DNA of 60,913 bases from Acidobacteriota bacterium (GTDB lineage: Bacteria > Acidobacteriota > UBA6911 > JACQTF01): the NCBI GenBank assembly GCA_016210925.1, contig JACQTF010000179.1, positions 1-60,913 on the forward strand, in the 5' to 3' direction. Position 1 is the stretch's first letter. Every line of letters begins with the position of its first letter. A program made the position numbers and the translations under genes. Below, one piece after another: positions 35,703-44,150 of the stretch. Below the pieces are notes generated by a model. The model searched no databases. It was not told the origin of the DNA and saw only the letters and a list, made by a program, of their open reading frames with translations.

Positions 35703-35775
35703 GCAAACCTAAAACTCTGAAACCTGAAACCCAGAACCGGCTTCTTACGTTTAAGGTTTCAGAGTTTTAGGCTTT
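35703..35775. repeat. GAAACCT/AGGTTTC-type short-period palindrome (locus A)
   Basis: Perfect 17-bp inverted repeat cctaaaactctgaaacc / ggtttcagagttttagg (35708..35724 and 35755..35771). The 30 nt at 35703..35732 are identical to 40973..41002. Confidence 0.85.
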
Positions 35776-35889
35776 GTTTATCGTCACACGCGGGCCGCAT
35801 CCAGTCAAGCCGAAATCGGCCTCGGCCTCGGTCTGACGACCATTAATTTGCCGTCAGACCTCGTCTACTCTAACCCAAAACAATTCGAA

Positions 35890-36191
35890 CCTTGCGCCGG
35901 TGGTGTCCTCAAGGGCGTGGAGACGGTCCGCGAATTTAAGGTCATCTCCAACGCGTACAGCGCCGAATACGGCCAACACACCGGGGGCGGGGAGCACTGG
36001 AATTCGTCGGGGTTGATCCCAGGGTCCAGCCATTTCTGGAGAAAATCTACCCGGCGGCTAACGGGCTGGACTTCCGCGACGGCCGGGCGGAATTCATCCG
36101 TGCGGTGAGCAAGACCACCGACGAGGACTTTTTGTCGGCGCGAATGGACCATGCCTTCTCCAACTCACCGGTCGGAGGGCACCGCCGATAA
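35890..36191 (+). pseudogene. TonB-dependent receptor internal remnants (two fragments, internal deletion and frameshift)
   Basis: GVETVREFKVISNAYSAEYGQHTGG matches GVDTIREFKIVTNPFSAEYGRTSAG. After a frame change, VQPFLEKIYPAANGLDFRDGRAEFIRAVSKTTDEDFLSARMDHAFSNS matches VRPYVALYPLPNSRTFPDGTGEFLSSPGQAIDEHYFMGRVDRQFGDS of 4725..7856. Confidence 0.55.
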
Positions 36192-36346
36192 GGCCGTCGC
36201 CGAGGTGTTACGCTACCCTGCTCGGCTCGCCTCTTTACTTGCTTTTCTTGCGTGCGCTGGTCCATCATCTTAGAGGTAAAATGCGTCTGACTGTCGCTCT
36301 CGGAGCGATGAGCGATGGTCTGAAAAGGTTTCTTTGGGAGGATTCT

Positions 36347-39300
36347 ATGAACAGGCGGCTCAGTGGTCTACTCATTTTCATCGAGTTCATCCTGGTTCTT
36401 TGTTCCGTGTCCTCCATGCTCTTCGCCCAGAGGACGACTGGGACCATCTCAGGGGTGGTCAAGGACGAAAGCGGAGCCGTCGTGCCGGGCGCCGGGGTGG
36501 TGGTGAAGAATACGGAGACCGGCGCCGTGCGGTCCACGGTGAGCAATGACGAAGGCGCCTACGCCGCTCCCAACCTCGCCCCCGGCAGTTATGAAGTCTC
36601 GGCGGAAGTGCCCGGCTTCAAGACCTCCATTCGCAGAGGCATCAAGCTCAGCGTGGGCGGGTCCGCAGTCGTGGACATCACCTTGAACCTGGGCGAGATC
36701 ACGGAAGAAGTCGTCATCACCAGCGAGGCGCCTCTCGTCGAAACCACCACCTCGGGACTCTCGGGCCTGGTGGAGAGCCAGCAGATTCGAGATCTCCCCC
36801 TCAACGGCCGCGATTTTATTCAGCTCAGCACGTTGCACGAGGGAGTGGTCAGCGTACGCACGGGCGACAGCAACCAGAGCCGAGGTTTTGGCACCAAGCT
36901 CTCGATTGGGGGCGCCCGCCCCAGCCAGAACCGGTTCCTCCTCGATGGCAGCGACATCAACGATACCGCCGGTGCCACACCCGGCAGTGCCGCTGGCGTG
37001 ATGCTGGGCGTGGACACCCTCCGAGAGTTCCGGGTGCTGACCAATGCTTACTCCGCCGAGTTCGGCAAGAGCGCCGGCGGTGCCATCATCGCAGTGACCA
37101 AATCCGGCACCAACGAGTATCACGGAACGATTTTTGAATTTTTGCGCAATGACAATCTCGACGCCCGAAATTTCTTCGACCGGGGTCCTGCCCCGGAGTT
37201 CAAGCGAAACCAGTTCGGCTTTTCCTTCGGGGGACCGATTCTGAAGGAGAAAACCTTCTTCTTCGGATCCTATGAAGGCCTGCGCGAGCGTCTGGGAGTC
37301 ACCCGAATCGCCCGCGTTCCCGATGTGAGCGTGCGTACCAGCGCCGGGATCAGCCCTGTCATCCTTCCCTATCTCAACCTGTACCCCCTGCCGAATGGAC
37401 GGGCCTTCGGCGGGGGCATCGCCGAATTCCTCAGCTCCGCATCGGACGCCACTGATGAAGACTTCGCGGCTCTCCGGATCGACCACCGATTCAGCGGCGC
37501 CGACAGCCTCTTCGGGAGGTACTCTTTCGACGATGCTTCCCGGAACAGTCCGAACCCCTTACAGCTTTTTACCGGGAGTCAGACCAGCCGGTACCACTAT
37601 CTCACGATCGAAGAGACCCACATCTTCTCTCCACGGTTACTGAACACGGCGCGCTTCGCCTATAACACCACGCGGACCGGAGATGTCAGCATCACCCTCA
37701 AAGAGATCGACCGGTCCCTGTTTTTCGTCCCCTCACACCCTCAGTTTGGAGGCATCGCGGTGGCAGGGTTGACAGAGCTATCCGGCGGAGCAGCCGGGTT
37801 TCAACCGCGCATCTTCAACAACGTCAACGTCGATACGCTGGAGGCCGTCACCTACGACCGAGGTTCACATTCCTTGAAGATGGGTCTGGGCGTGACGCGC
37901 TACCACAACAACAATAATGCCCCCTTCCGGCCCGGAGGGCGCTTCCAATTTGATTCCCTGCAGGATCTGCTTCAGGCCCGGGCCAGCCAGCTCGAGTCCA
38001 TGGTGCCCGGCGTATCGGATACGGTGCGCCGGTGGCGCCAGTGGCTCGTCGGCATGTACCTTCAGGATGATTGGAAAGCCACACCTCATCTCACGTTCAA
38101 TCTGGGCCTGCGCTATGAGTTCATCACGGTCCCCGAGGAAGCGGACGGCAAGAGCGCCAACTTGCGGAACGTTCCTTTCAGCAAGGAAAGCACGGTGGGA
38201 CCTCCCTTCAAGAATCCTTCCTTGAGAAATTTTGCCCCCCGGGTGGGCGTCGCCTGGGCTCCGGGCGACGATGGGACGCTGGCCATCCGGGCCGGCGTGG
38301 GCGTCTTTTACGACCAGATTCTGTCCCAATACATGATTTTGGCCGGAAGCCGGGTGCCGCCTTTCTGGCTTCAGGCCAATCCCAGGAATCCGTCTTTCCC
38401 TGACTACATCAGAACTGTTTCGATCAGAGACGTGGATCCCAGGGTGGATACTCTTCCTTACGACATTGACCAGCCCTACCGCATCCAATACAACCTCTCC
38501 ATCGAGAAGCAGATCTCCCGCAACCTGGCCGTCCATACGGCGTACGTGGGCTCCCGGGGCGTTCACTTGCCGAGAGCCGTCGCCGACGCGAATGCAAATG
38601 TGCCCCAAGGCTTTCTTGACGGGCGGCTCTTTTGGCCGGCAACGCGGAGCCGGCTCAATCCGGTCTGGAGCACCATCCGATATCGTCCCACGGATGGAAA
38701 TTCCTTTTATCACTCCTGGGTGGCAGGTCTGACAAAAAGATTCAGTGGCGGGCTCCAATTTCAGGCGAGCTATACGTTCGGAAGAAGCGTCGATGACAGC
38801 TCCGCCGTCTTTAACGAAAATGAATTCACCAACACCATACCGGTCGCCAACATTTTTGACCGCACCGCGGAGAGAGGACTTTCCGACTTCCACGTCGCGC
38901 ACAACTTTGTCGCCAACTATCTCTGGGAACTGCCGTTCGGCCGGGACCGTAAATGGGGCCATCAGCTTTCCGGCGCGCCTGCCTGGTTCATCTCCGGATG
39001 GCAAATCTCGGGCATCTTGAACCTGTCCTCCGGGACTCCTTTCACGCCCGTTCTAAGCTTTGACCGGGCCAGGGCGGGCGCCGGTCGCGGCGGCGGCGGG
39101 CAGCGGCCTGATCTGGTCTCCGGGTCCAATAACCCCGTCCTGGGAGGGCCGGATCGCTACTTCGATGCTTCCGGGTTTGCCCTCCCGCCGGTCGGCGTTC
39201 TCGGCAACCTGGGAAGGAACACGGTGATGGGCCCGGGACTGGCGAGCTTCGACTTCAGCTTGTTCAAGAACTCCCGAGTGGGAGAAAATAAGAATCTTCA

Positions 39301-39469
39301 GTTCCGTGCCGAAATGTTCAACGTGTTCAACCGGGCCAACTTCACCATTCCCGCCGAGGCGGCGCGACAGGTATTTTCCGCCACCGGGCCCATCGCCGGC
39401 GCGGGGCGGATCACCGGTACCTTGACCACCTCGCGACAGATTCAGTTCGGACTGAAGTTCATTTTTTAA
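36347..39469 (+). CDS. TonB-dependent receptor with CarboxypepD_reg-like N-terminal domain
   Basis: Start trimmed to ATG 36347, 5 nt after GGAGG (MNRRLSGLLIFIEFILVLCSVSSMLFAQ). C-terminus is TSRQIQFGLKFIF. Confidence 0.9.
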   Translation: MNRRLSGLLIFIEFILVLCSVSSMLFAQRTTGTISGVVKDESGAVVPGAGVVVKNTETGAVRSTVSNDEGAYAAPNLAPGSYEVSAEVPGFKTSIRRGIKLSVGGSAVVDITLNLGEITEEVVITSEAPLVETTTSGLSGLVESQQIRDLPLNGRDFIQLSTLHEGVVSVRTGDSNQSRGFGTKLSIGGARPSQNRFLLDGSDINDTAGATPGSAAGVMLGVDTLREFRVLTNAYSAEFGKSAGGAIIAVTKSGTNEYHGTIFEFLRNDNLDARNFFDRGPAPEFKRNQFGFSFGGPILKEKTFFFGSYEGLRERLGVTRIARVPDVSVRTSAGISPVILPYLNLYPLPNGRAFGGGIAEFLSSASDATDEDFAALRIDHRFSGADSLFGRYSFDDASRNSPNPLQLFTGSQTSRYHYLTIEETHIFSPRLLNTARFAYNTTRTGDVSITLKEIDRSLFFVPSHPQFGGIAVAGLTELSGGAAGFQPRIFNNVNVDTLEAVTYDRGSHSLKMGLGVTRYHNNNNAPFRPGGRFQFDSLQDLLQARASQLESMVPGVSDTVRRWRQWLVGMYLQDDWKATPHLTFNLGLRYEFITVPEEADGKSANLRNVPFSKESTVGPPFKNPSLRNFAPRVGVAWAPGDDGTLAIRAGVGVFYDQILSQYMILAGSRVPPFWLQANPRNPSFPDYIRTVSIRDVDPRVDTLPYDIDQPYRIQYNLSIEKQISRNLAVHTAYVGSRGVHLPRAVADANANVPQGFLDGRLFWPATRSRLNPVWSTIRYRPTDGNSFYHSWVAGLTKRFSGGLQFQASYTFGRSVDDSSAVFNENEFTNTIPVANIFDRTAERGLSDFHVAHNFVANYLWELPFGRDRKWGHQLSGAPAWFISGWQISGILNLSSGTPFTPVLSFDRARAGAGRGGGGQRPDLVSGSNNPVLGGPDRYFDASGFALPPVGVLGNLGRNTVMGPGLASFDFSLFKNSRVGENKNLQFRAEMFNVFNRANFTIPAEAARQVFSATGPIAGAGRITGTLTTSRQIQFGLKFIF

Positions 39470-39480
39470 GGGAGCTCAGC

Positions 39481-40965
39481 ATGCAAACCATAGCGAAGAT
39501 GGAGCAGGTCCAGGCAAAAGCCTTCAGTTTGAGGTCCTACCTCGAAACTTTGGAATCCTTGTACCCCGAAGAGATCGTCCGGGTCAGCAAAACGGTGAGG
39601 CCGGCGGAGTACGAAGTGACGGCGATCCTGAAGCACCTGGAAGACAGGAGCCGCTTTCCGGTGGTCTTTTTTGAAAACCCGCTGAACCTGAAGGGCAAAC
39701 CGTCTCCCGTCCCCTTGGTCAGCAACCTTTACGCCACGCGAGAGCGCTGCGCGCTGGCCTTGGGGACGGACCCGGCCGATTGCCAGCTCGGTTTGAGCCT
39801 GGAGTACGCCCGGCGCGTCGAAGAACCCGTTCCCCCGGTGGCCATCCAGCGCTCGGAGGCCCCGGTGAAAGAGGTGGTCAAGACGGGCGATGAGGTGGAC
39901 CTGGCGGAGTATCCCATCGTGCGCCACCACGAGATGGATCCGGCTCCTTACGTCAACATGACGCCTGTGATGAAAGACCCGGACGGCGGGTTTTACAACA
40001 GCGCCTTCTTGCGCAACATGTACAAAGGCCCGCGCAAGCTGGGCATTCATATGTCGCCCCGCCACAACTGGCAGATCCACAGAAAGTATGAAGAAAGAGG
40101 CCGGCCGACTCCGACTGCGATCATCGTCAGCCATCATCCGGCCTTCTACCTCGGCTGTCTGAACGTGGCGCCGTTCGGCCTGGATGACTACGCCGTCATT
40201 GGGGGAATCATGGGCCAGCCGCTGCGCCTGACGCCCTCGGAGACGCTGGGCGAGGAATTTCTCGTCCCGGCGGATGCGGATTTCATCATCGAAGGATTTG
40301 TCGTTCCGAAAGCCCGGGAAGTGGAGGCTCCCTTCGGCGAGTTCACCGGCTACTACGGCCCCCAGAGGCTCCGCCCGGTCATCGAGGTGACCGCAGTCAC
40401 CCATCGGAAGGACGCGATCTTCCAGCATACCTTTGTGGGACATCGGGATAACTGGGTGATGGGCGGGCTTCCCAAAGAAGGCGCCGTTTACAACGTCATC
40501 CGGGGAGTGATCCCGACGGTGAAAAGTGTCCACTTCGCCCTGTCCGGGAGCTGCCGGTTCAACTGCTACATTTCCATCGACAAAAAGGTGGAGGGGGAAC
40601 CCAAGCAGGCGGCCCTGGCCGCCCTCGGCGCGGTGGACTTCATCAAGAATGTGATCGTCGTGGACAGCGACATCAATGTCTACAACGAACAGGAAGTGAT
40701 GTTTGCGGTGGCCACTCGCGTGCAGGCGGACCGGGACATCGAGTTCATTAAGAACGTCAAAGGCAATACCCTGGACCCCTCTCAGCTGGACGACATCACC
40801 ACCACCAAAATGTTGGTGGACGCCACCAGGCCGGTCAACCGGGCTTTCCCCGAACGGGTGCGGGTCCCCCAGGAGGTTCTCGACCGGCTGCGGTTGGAAG
40901 ATTACATCCCGGCAAAAAAGCTGGAGAAGCTGCCCGTCTTCTCAGATTCGGTGCGGAGCGTCTGA
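39481..40965 (+). CDS. UbiD-family (prenyl-FMN-dependent) decarboxylase
   Basis: 494 aa with the family-typical N-terminus ...LRSYLETLES...IVRVSKTVRPAEYEVTAILKHLE and a length typical of UbiD. Starts 12 nt after the TBDR stop. Confidence 0.85.
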   Translation: MQTIAKMEQVQAKAFSLRSYLETLESLYPEEIVRVSKTVRPAEYEVTAILKHLEDRSRFPVVFFENPLNLKGKPSPVPLVSNLYATRERCALALGTDPADCQLGLSLEYARRVEEPVPPVAIQRSEAPVKEVVKTGDEVDLAEYPIVRHHEMDPAPYVNMTPVMKDPDGGFYNSAFLRNMYKGPRKLGIHMSPRHNWQIHRKYEERGRPTPTAIIVSHHPAFYLGCLNVAPFGLDDYAVIGGIMGQPLRLTPSETLGEEFLVPADADFIIEGFVVPKAREVEAPFGEFTGYYGPQRLRPVIEVTAVTHRKDAIFQHTFVGHRDNWVMGGLPKEGAVYNVIRGVIPTVKSVHFALSGSCRFNCYISIDKKVEGEPKQAALAALGAVDFIKNVIVVDSDINVYNEQEVMFAVATRVQADRDIEFIKNVKGNTLDPSQLDDITTTKMLVDATRPVNRAFPERVRVPQEVLDRLRLEDYIPAKKLEKLPVFSDSVRSV

Positions 40966-40969
40966 CTGA

Positions 40970-41080
40970 AAGGCAAACCTAAAACTCTGAAACCTGAAAC
41001 CCCAGCGACCGCGCAACCATTCTCTTGTCCGGGTCTCAGGTTTCAGGTTTCAAGTCTTAGGTTTCAGGTTTCAGGTTTTT
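40970..41080. repeat. GAAACCT/AGGTTTC-type short-period palindrome (locus B)
   Basis: Left arm gcaaacctaaaactctgaaacctgaaaccc. Right arm caggtttcaggtttcaagtcttaggtttcaggtttcagg. Lies between the UbiD stop and the zinc-ribbon ORF. Confidence 0.85.
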
Positions 41081-41089
41081 GGAGGTACT

Positions 41090-41239
41090 ATGGCTAGGAT
41101 TTTTTGGGTGACTTGTCCCAAGTGCAACAAGCGGTTCTATTGTCATTCCGAGGAGCTGTTGCACAAAAAGATTGACTTGCTGTGCCCCTATTGTGGAATT
41201 TATTTTCCCCAGGAACAGAGCCCGAAAATTCAGGAGTAG
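41090..41239 (+). CDS. small zinc-ribbon protein (49 aa), absent from the ORF track
   Basis: GGAGG lies 4 nt upstream of the ATG. Translation is MARIFWVTCPKCNKRFYCHSEELLHKKIDLLCPYCGIYFPQEQSPKIQE, with two CxxC pairs. The stop TAG is 3 nt before the amidohydrolase ATG. Confidence 0.5.
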   Translation: MARIFWVTCPKCNKRFYCHSEELLHKKIDLLCPYCGIYFPQEQSPKIQE

Positions 41240-41242
41240 AAC

Positions 41243-43105
41243 ATGACCAAACTGGCTGCATTCATCGCCGGCGTCGTCCTGCTCTTCAGCATGTCGACCG
41301 CCCAGGCCCAAAAGGTGACGGTCCCCGAACAGATCGTTCTGTATCCGGACCTGATTGTCTACAACGCCAACATCGCGACCATGGATGACAAGGGTTACAA
41401 CACCCAGGTGGGAACCGTGGTTCAGGCCATGGCCATCCGGGCCGGCCGGATTCTCGCATTGGGCAAGAACGACGAGATGCTGGGCCTCGCGGGCTCCCAG
41501 ACCGAGAAGATCGATGTCAAAGGAAAGACCATCATCCCCGGCATCGTGAACGCCCACACCCATATTCATGACAAGGCTTTCACGGACTGGCTCCGCGAAC
41601 ATCCGGAGGAATCGCGGGCCGCAGCTGCGGTCTTCCGCGCGCGGGGAGCGACCTATGAAGAACTGCGACACGCCGTGGAGGTGGCCCTCAAGGAGCGGCT
41701 GCCCGGCGTCGAGAAAGGCAAATGGGTGTTTATGAACCTGCCCACTGCCCCCGATGGTTCCGGCAAGGGAATCGGAACCAACTTCGTCCTGGACCGGGCG
41801 ATGACGATGTCCGATCTGGACAAGCTGGCGCCGGATCATCCGCTGCTGGTGAATGCCCATCCCGGCTACCTGGTGAACACGGCAGCCATCGAGGCTCTCA
41901 AAAAGATCTATGGCTTCGATCCGTCCAACGAGCTTCGCCCTGGGGGGGTGGCGGAGCAAGGGGTCTACTACCGGCGCGGCGTGGTCATTGACAGCTACTT
42001 CAGGGGGAGACGAGAGGAGCTGGCCGAAATTATCTTGAAGGAATTGGAGAGGTGGGCTGCGGGTGGCGTGACGGCTTTTTCATCCCACATCATGGGCTTT
42101 GAGAACTTCGACGCTTACATGACCTTGCGCCGGCAGAACCGAATGCCCATTCGTTTTGGGTACAGCCACTTTGCCGGCCTCATGGTGAACCCCTATTCAG
42201 CCTCCTTCTACCGCCGGATGGGAGACATGGCCGGCTTCGGAGACGACTGGCTCTGGCAGATCGGGGTTGGAGCAGGAAGCATCGATTCCGGGCCGCCTGT
42301 GATTTGTACCTCCATTGACATTCCGAAGGAGCTGAAAGAGCGGGAAGTGTGCCGCATCGGGCCCGGCGAGACCCAGGGGGAAGGGCTCTATGCCGCGCTG
42401 TCGTCCGGGCAGCGGGTTGCCGTGGGGCACGCCTATGGGGATAAAGGCGTGGACATGTTCATGGACATGATCGAAAAAGCCATCGAAGAAGCTCCGGGCG
42501 TGACGTTGGAGACCGTGCGCGCCCAGAGGCTGAGCACGGACCACTGCGGCCTGTATCCCCGTCCGGACCAGATCCCGCGCATGAAGAAGTTGGGCATCCT
42601 GTTGAGTTGCGGCGCCAACATGCTGGATCGAACCCAGCCCTGGCTGGACCTCTATGGCCAGGACAAAGCGAAGTGGATCGTTCCGGTCAAGAGCGCCCTG
42701 GACGGCGGGCTCCGGGTCGTTTACGAAATGGAACAGGCTCCCACTCAGGTCTTCTCGGAAATGGTCCCCTTCATCACCCGGAAGAACAAGAAAGGCATTA
42801 CGATCGCCCCCGAGGAAGCTGTGGACCGGGTCACCGTCCTGAAGATGGCCACCTCGTGGTGCGCCGAATTCATGCTCAGAGAAAACGTCATTGGAAGCCT
42901 GGAGAAGGGGAAAGCAGCGGATTTTCTCGTCCTCAACAAGGACTACTTTACAGTCCCCGTGGAGGAAATCGCCACGGTTCGGCCGTTGATGACGGTGGTG
43001 GACGGCAGGACCGTTTTCCTGGAGACGCAGTTTGCCACGGAGCTGGGTCGGAAAGCTACGGGTCCCCAGCTCGACTACAGCAAAAAAGAGAGCAGCGTCG
43101 AATAA
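41243..43105 (+). CDS. exported amidohydrolase (Amidohydro_3/YtcJ-like)
   Basis: 620 aa with signal peptide MTKLAAFIAGVVLLFSMSTAQAQ. GIVNAHTHIHD motif. C-terminal GKAADFLVLNKDY...VVDGRTVF. Confidence 0.88.
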   Translation: MTKLAAFIAGVVLLFSMSTAQAQKVTVPEQIVLYPDLIVYNANIATMDDKGYNTQVGTVVQAMAIRAGRILALGKNDEMLGLAGSQTEKIDVKGKTIIPGIVNAHTHIHDKAFTDWLREHPEESRAAAAVFRARGATYEELRHAVEVALKERLPGVEKGKWVFMNLPTAPDGSGKGIGTNFVLDRAMTMSDLDKLAPDHPLLVNAHPGYLVNTAAIEALKKIYGFDPSNELRPGGVAEQGVYYRRGVVIDSYFRGRREELAEIILKELERWAAGGVTAFSSHIMGFENFDAYMTLRRQNRMPIRFGYSHFAGLMVNPYSASFYRRMGDMAGFGDDWLWQIGVGAGSIDSGPPVICTSIDIPKELKEREVCRIGPGETQGEGLYAALSSGQRVAVGHAYGDKGVDMFMDMIEKAIEEAPGVTLETVRAQRLSTDHCGLYPRPDQIPRMKKLGILLSCGANMLDRTQPWLDLYGQDKAKWIVPVKSALDGGLRVVYEMEQAPTQVFSEMVPFITRKNKKGITIAPEEAVDRVTVLKMATSWCAEFMLRENVIGSLEKGKAADFLVLNKDYFTVPVEEIATVRPLMTVVDGRTVFLETQFATELGRKATGPQLDYSKKESSVE

Positions 43106-43109
43106 GAAC

Positions 43110-43220
43110 CGGAAGGCTGGAAAGCTGGAAACCTGAAACCCAAAACCTGAAACCTAAGACCTGAAAACCCCGAGTTGCTTCGTCGGGTTTTAGATTTCAG
43201 GTTTCAAAGTTTCAGGTCAG
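43110..43220. repeat. hybrid GGCTGGAA plus GAAACCT-type palindrome (locus C)
   Basis: ggaaggctggaaagctggaaacctgaaacccaaaacctgaaacctaagacctgaaaaccccgag ... cgggttttagatttcaggtttcaaagtttcagg. Follows the amidohydrolase stop directly, between convergent genes. Confidence 0.85.
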
Positions 43221-43404
43221 TCAAAAGATCTTCTCATGACTTCCCTTCCCGCACGACGGATCAGCGGAAAGAATGACAGGATGAAGGACTGGAACATTTG
43301 GCGGAAAGGAGGTTCTCAATCCAGCACCCGCCGGAATGCCTTTCCACCAGGCGTTCGGTAGGTCGAGAAACCCCGTCGATCCAAAGTCAGGACTTCGTCG
43401 ATCT

Positions 43405-43731
43405 TTAATTGCTCGCCAGAAGGACAAGGGTCGCGTCGGCGAAATCCATTGGCGTGTCTGCGTATTTCTTCATGAGCCTGGCGGCCTGCCTGAGCTGCGA
43501 CGCCTGGGTACTTTCGTGGATCAGCAAACCGCTCGCTTCCACAAGATCGACCAAAAGTCCAGGCCCATCGCGATCCGCCGCGACGAAGTGCATCGCCTCC
43601 ACGAGGACCGCACTGGTGGTGCAGAGCTGTCCTGAAAACTGGGCCAGGCAGGTCGCCACTGGTTCGTGCTCCGGATCATCGCGGTCAAGGTAGGCAACGA
43701 GGGGCCCCGTGTCGATCAGCCAGGTTCTCAT
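43405..43731 (-). CDS. vapC: PIN-domain toxin VapC
   Basis: 108 aa, MRTWLIDTGPLVAYLDRDDPEH...DFADATLVLLASN (acidic PIN residues). ATGA overlap with the upstream antitoxin. The rest of the 429-aa ORF 43405..44694 is an artefact. Confidence 0.8.
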   Translation of the reverse strand: MRTWLIDTGPLVAYLDRDDPEHEPVATCLAQFSGQLCTTSAVLVEAMHFVAADRDGPGLLVDLVEASGLLIHESTQASQLRQAARLMKKYADTPMDFADATLVLLASN

Positions 43732-43970
43732 CGCCGCCAGTTGCGGGCCCTCAGTTCCTTGCGCCAGGGGTCGCCCGACGCACGCTTCAGGGATAGGCGA
43801 CCCATGAGGTGGCCGGCGCGGGTCTCCAAACGCCTCTCCGCGAGTGCGTTCTCCAGGATCTCCCGCACCAGCTCCGAATCGGTCTTGCCGAGCTGCCGGG
43901 CTCTCCGCCCCAGCCGCTCCCGCAGTTTGACATCCAAACGGACTGTAAAGCTCCCCCTCATGTCTTGCAT
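43728..43970 (-). CDS. vapB: ribbon-helix-helix antitoxin VapB
   Basis: MQDMRGSFTVRLDVKLRERLGRRARQLGKTDSELVREILENAL is a CopG/RHH motif. The start is ATG 43970 or 43961. Confidence 0.75.
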   Translation of the reverse strand: MQDMRGSFTVRLDVKLRERLGRRARQLGKTDSELVREILENALAERRLETRAGHLMGRLSLKRASGDPWRKELRARNWRR

Positions 43971-44057
43971 TGTAAAACGTTGTCCGACATAAGTCAAGCA
44001 CGTGGGAGGGACGGGGTTGACTACAGTAAGGCCGAGGGCAACGTCGAATAAAACACC

Positions 44058-44146
44058 GGAAGGCTGGAAGGCTGGAAGGCTGGAAGAATGGAAGATTGGT
44101 GAGAGCCGCTTCCAGCCTTCCAATGTTCCAGTCTTCCAGTCTTCCT
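44058..44146. repeat. GGCTGGAA-type tandem repeat palindrome (locus D)
   Basis: (ggaaggct)x3 ggaagaatggaagattgg ... cttccagccttccaatgttccagtcttccagtcttcc. Lies between vapB upstream DNA and the stop of 44151..45680. Confidence 0.85.
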
Positions 44147-44150
44147 GCTC

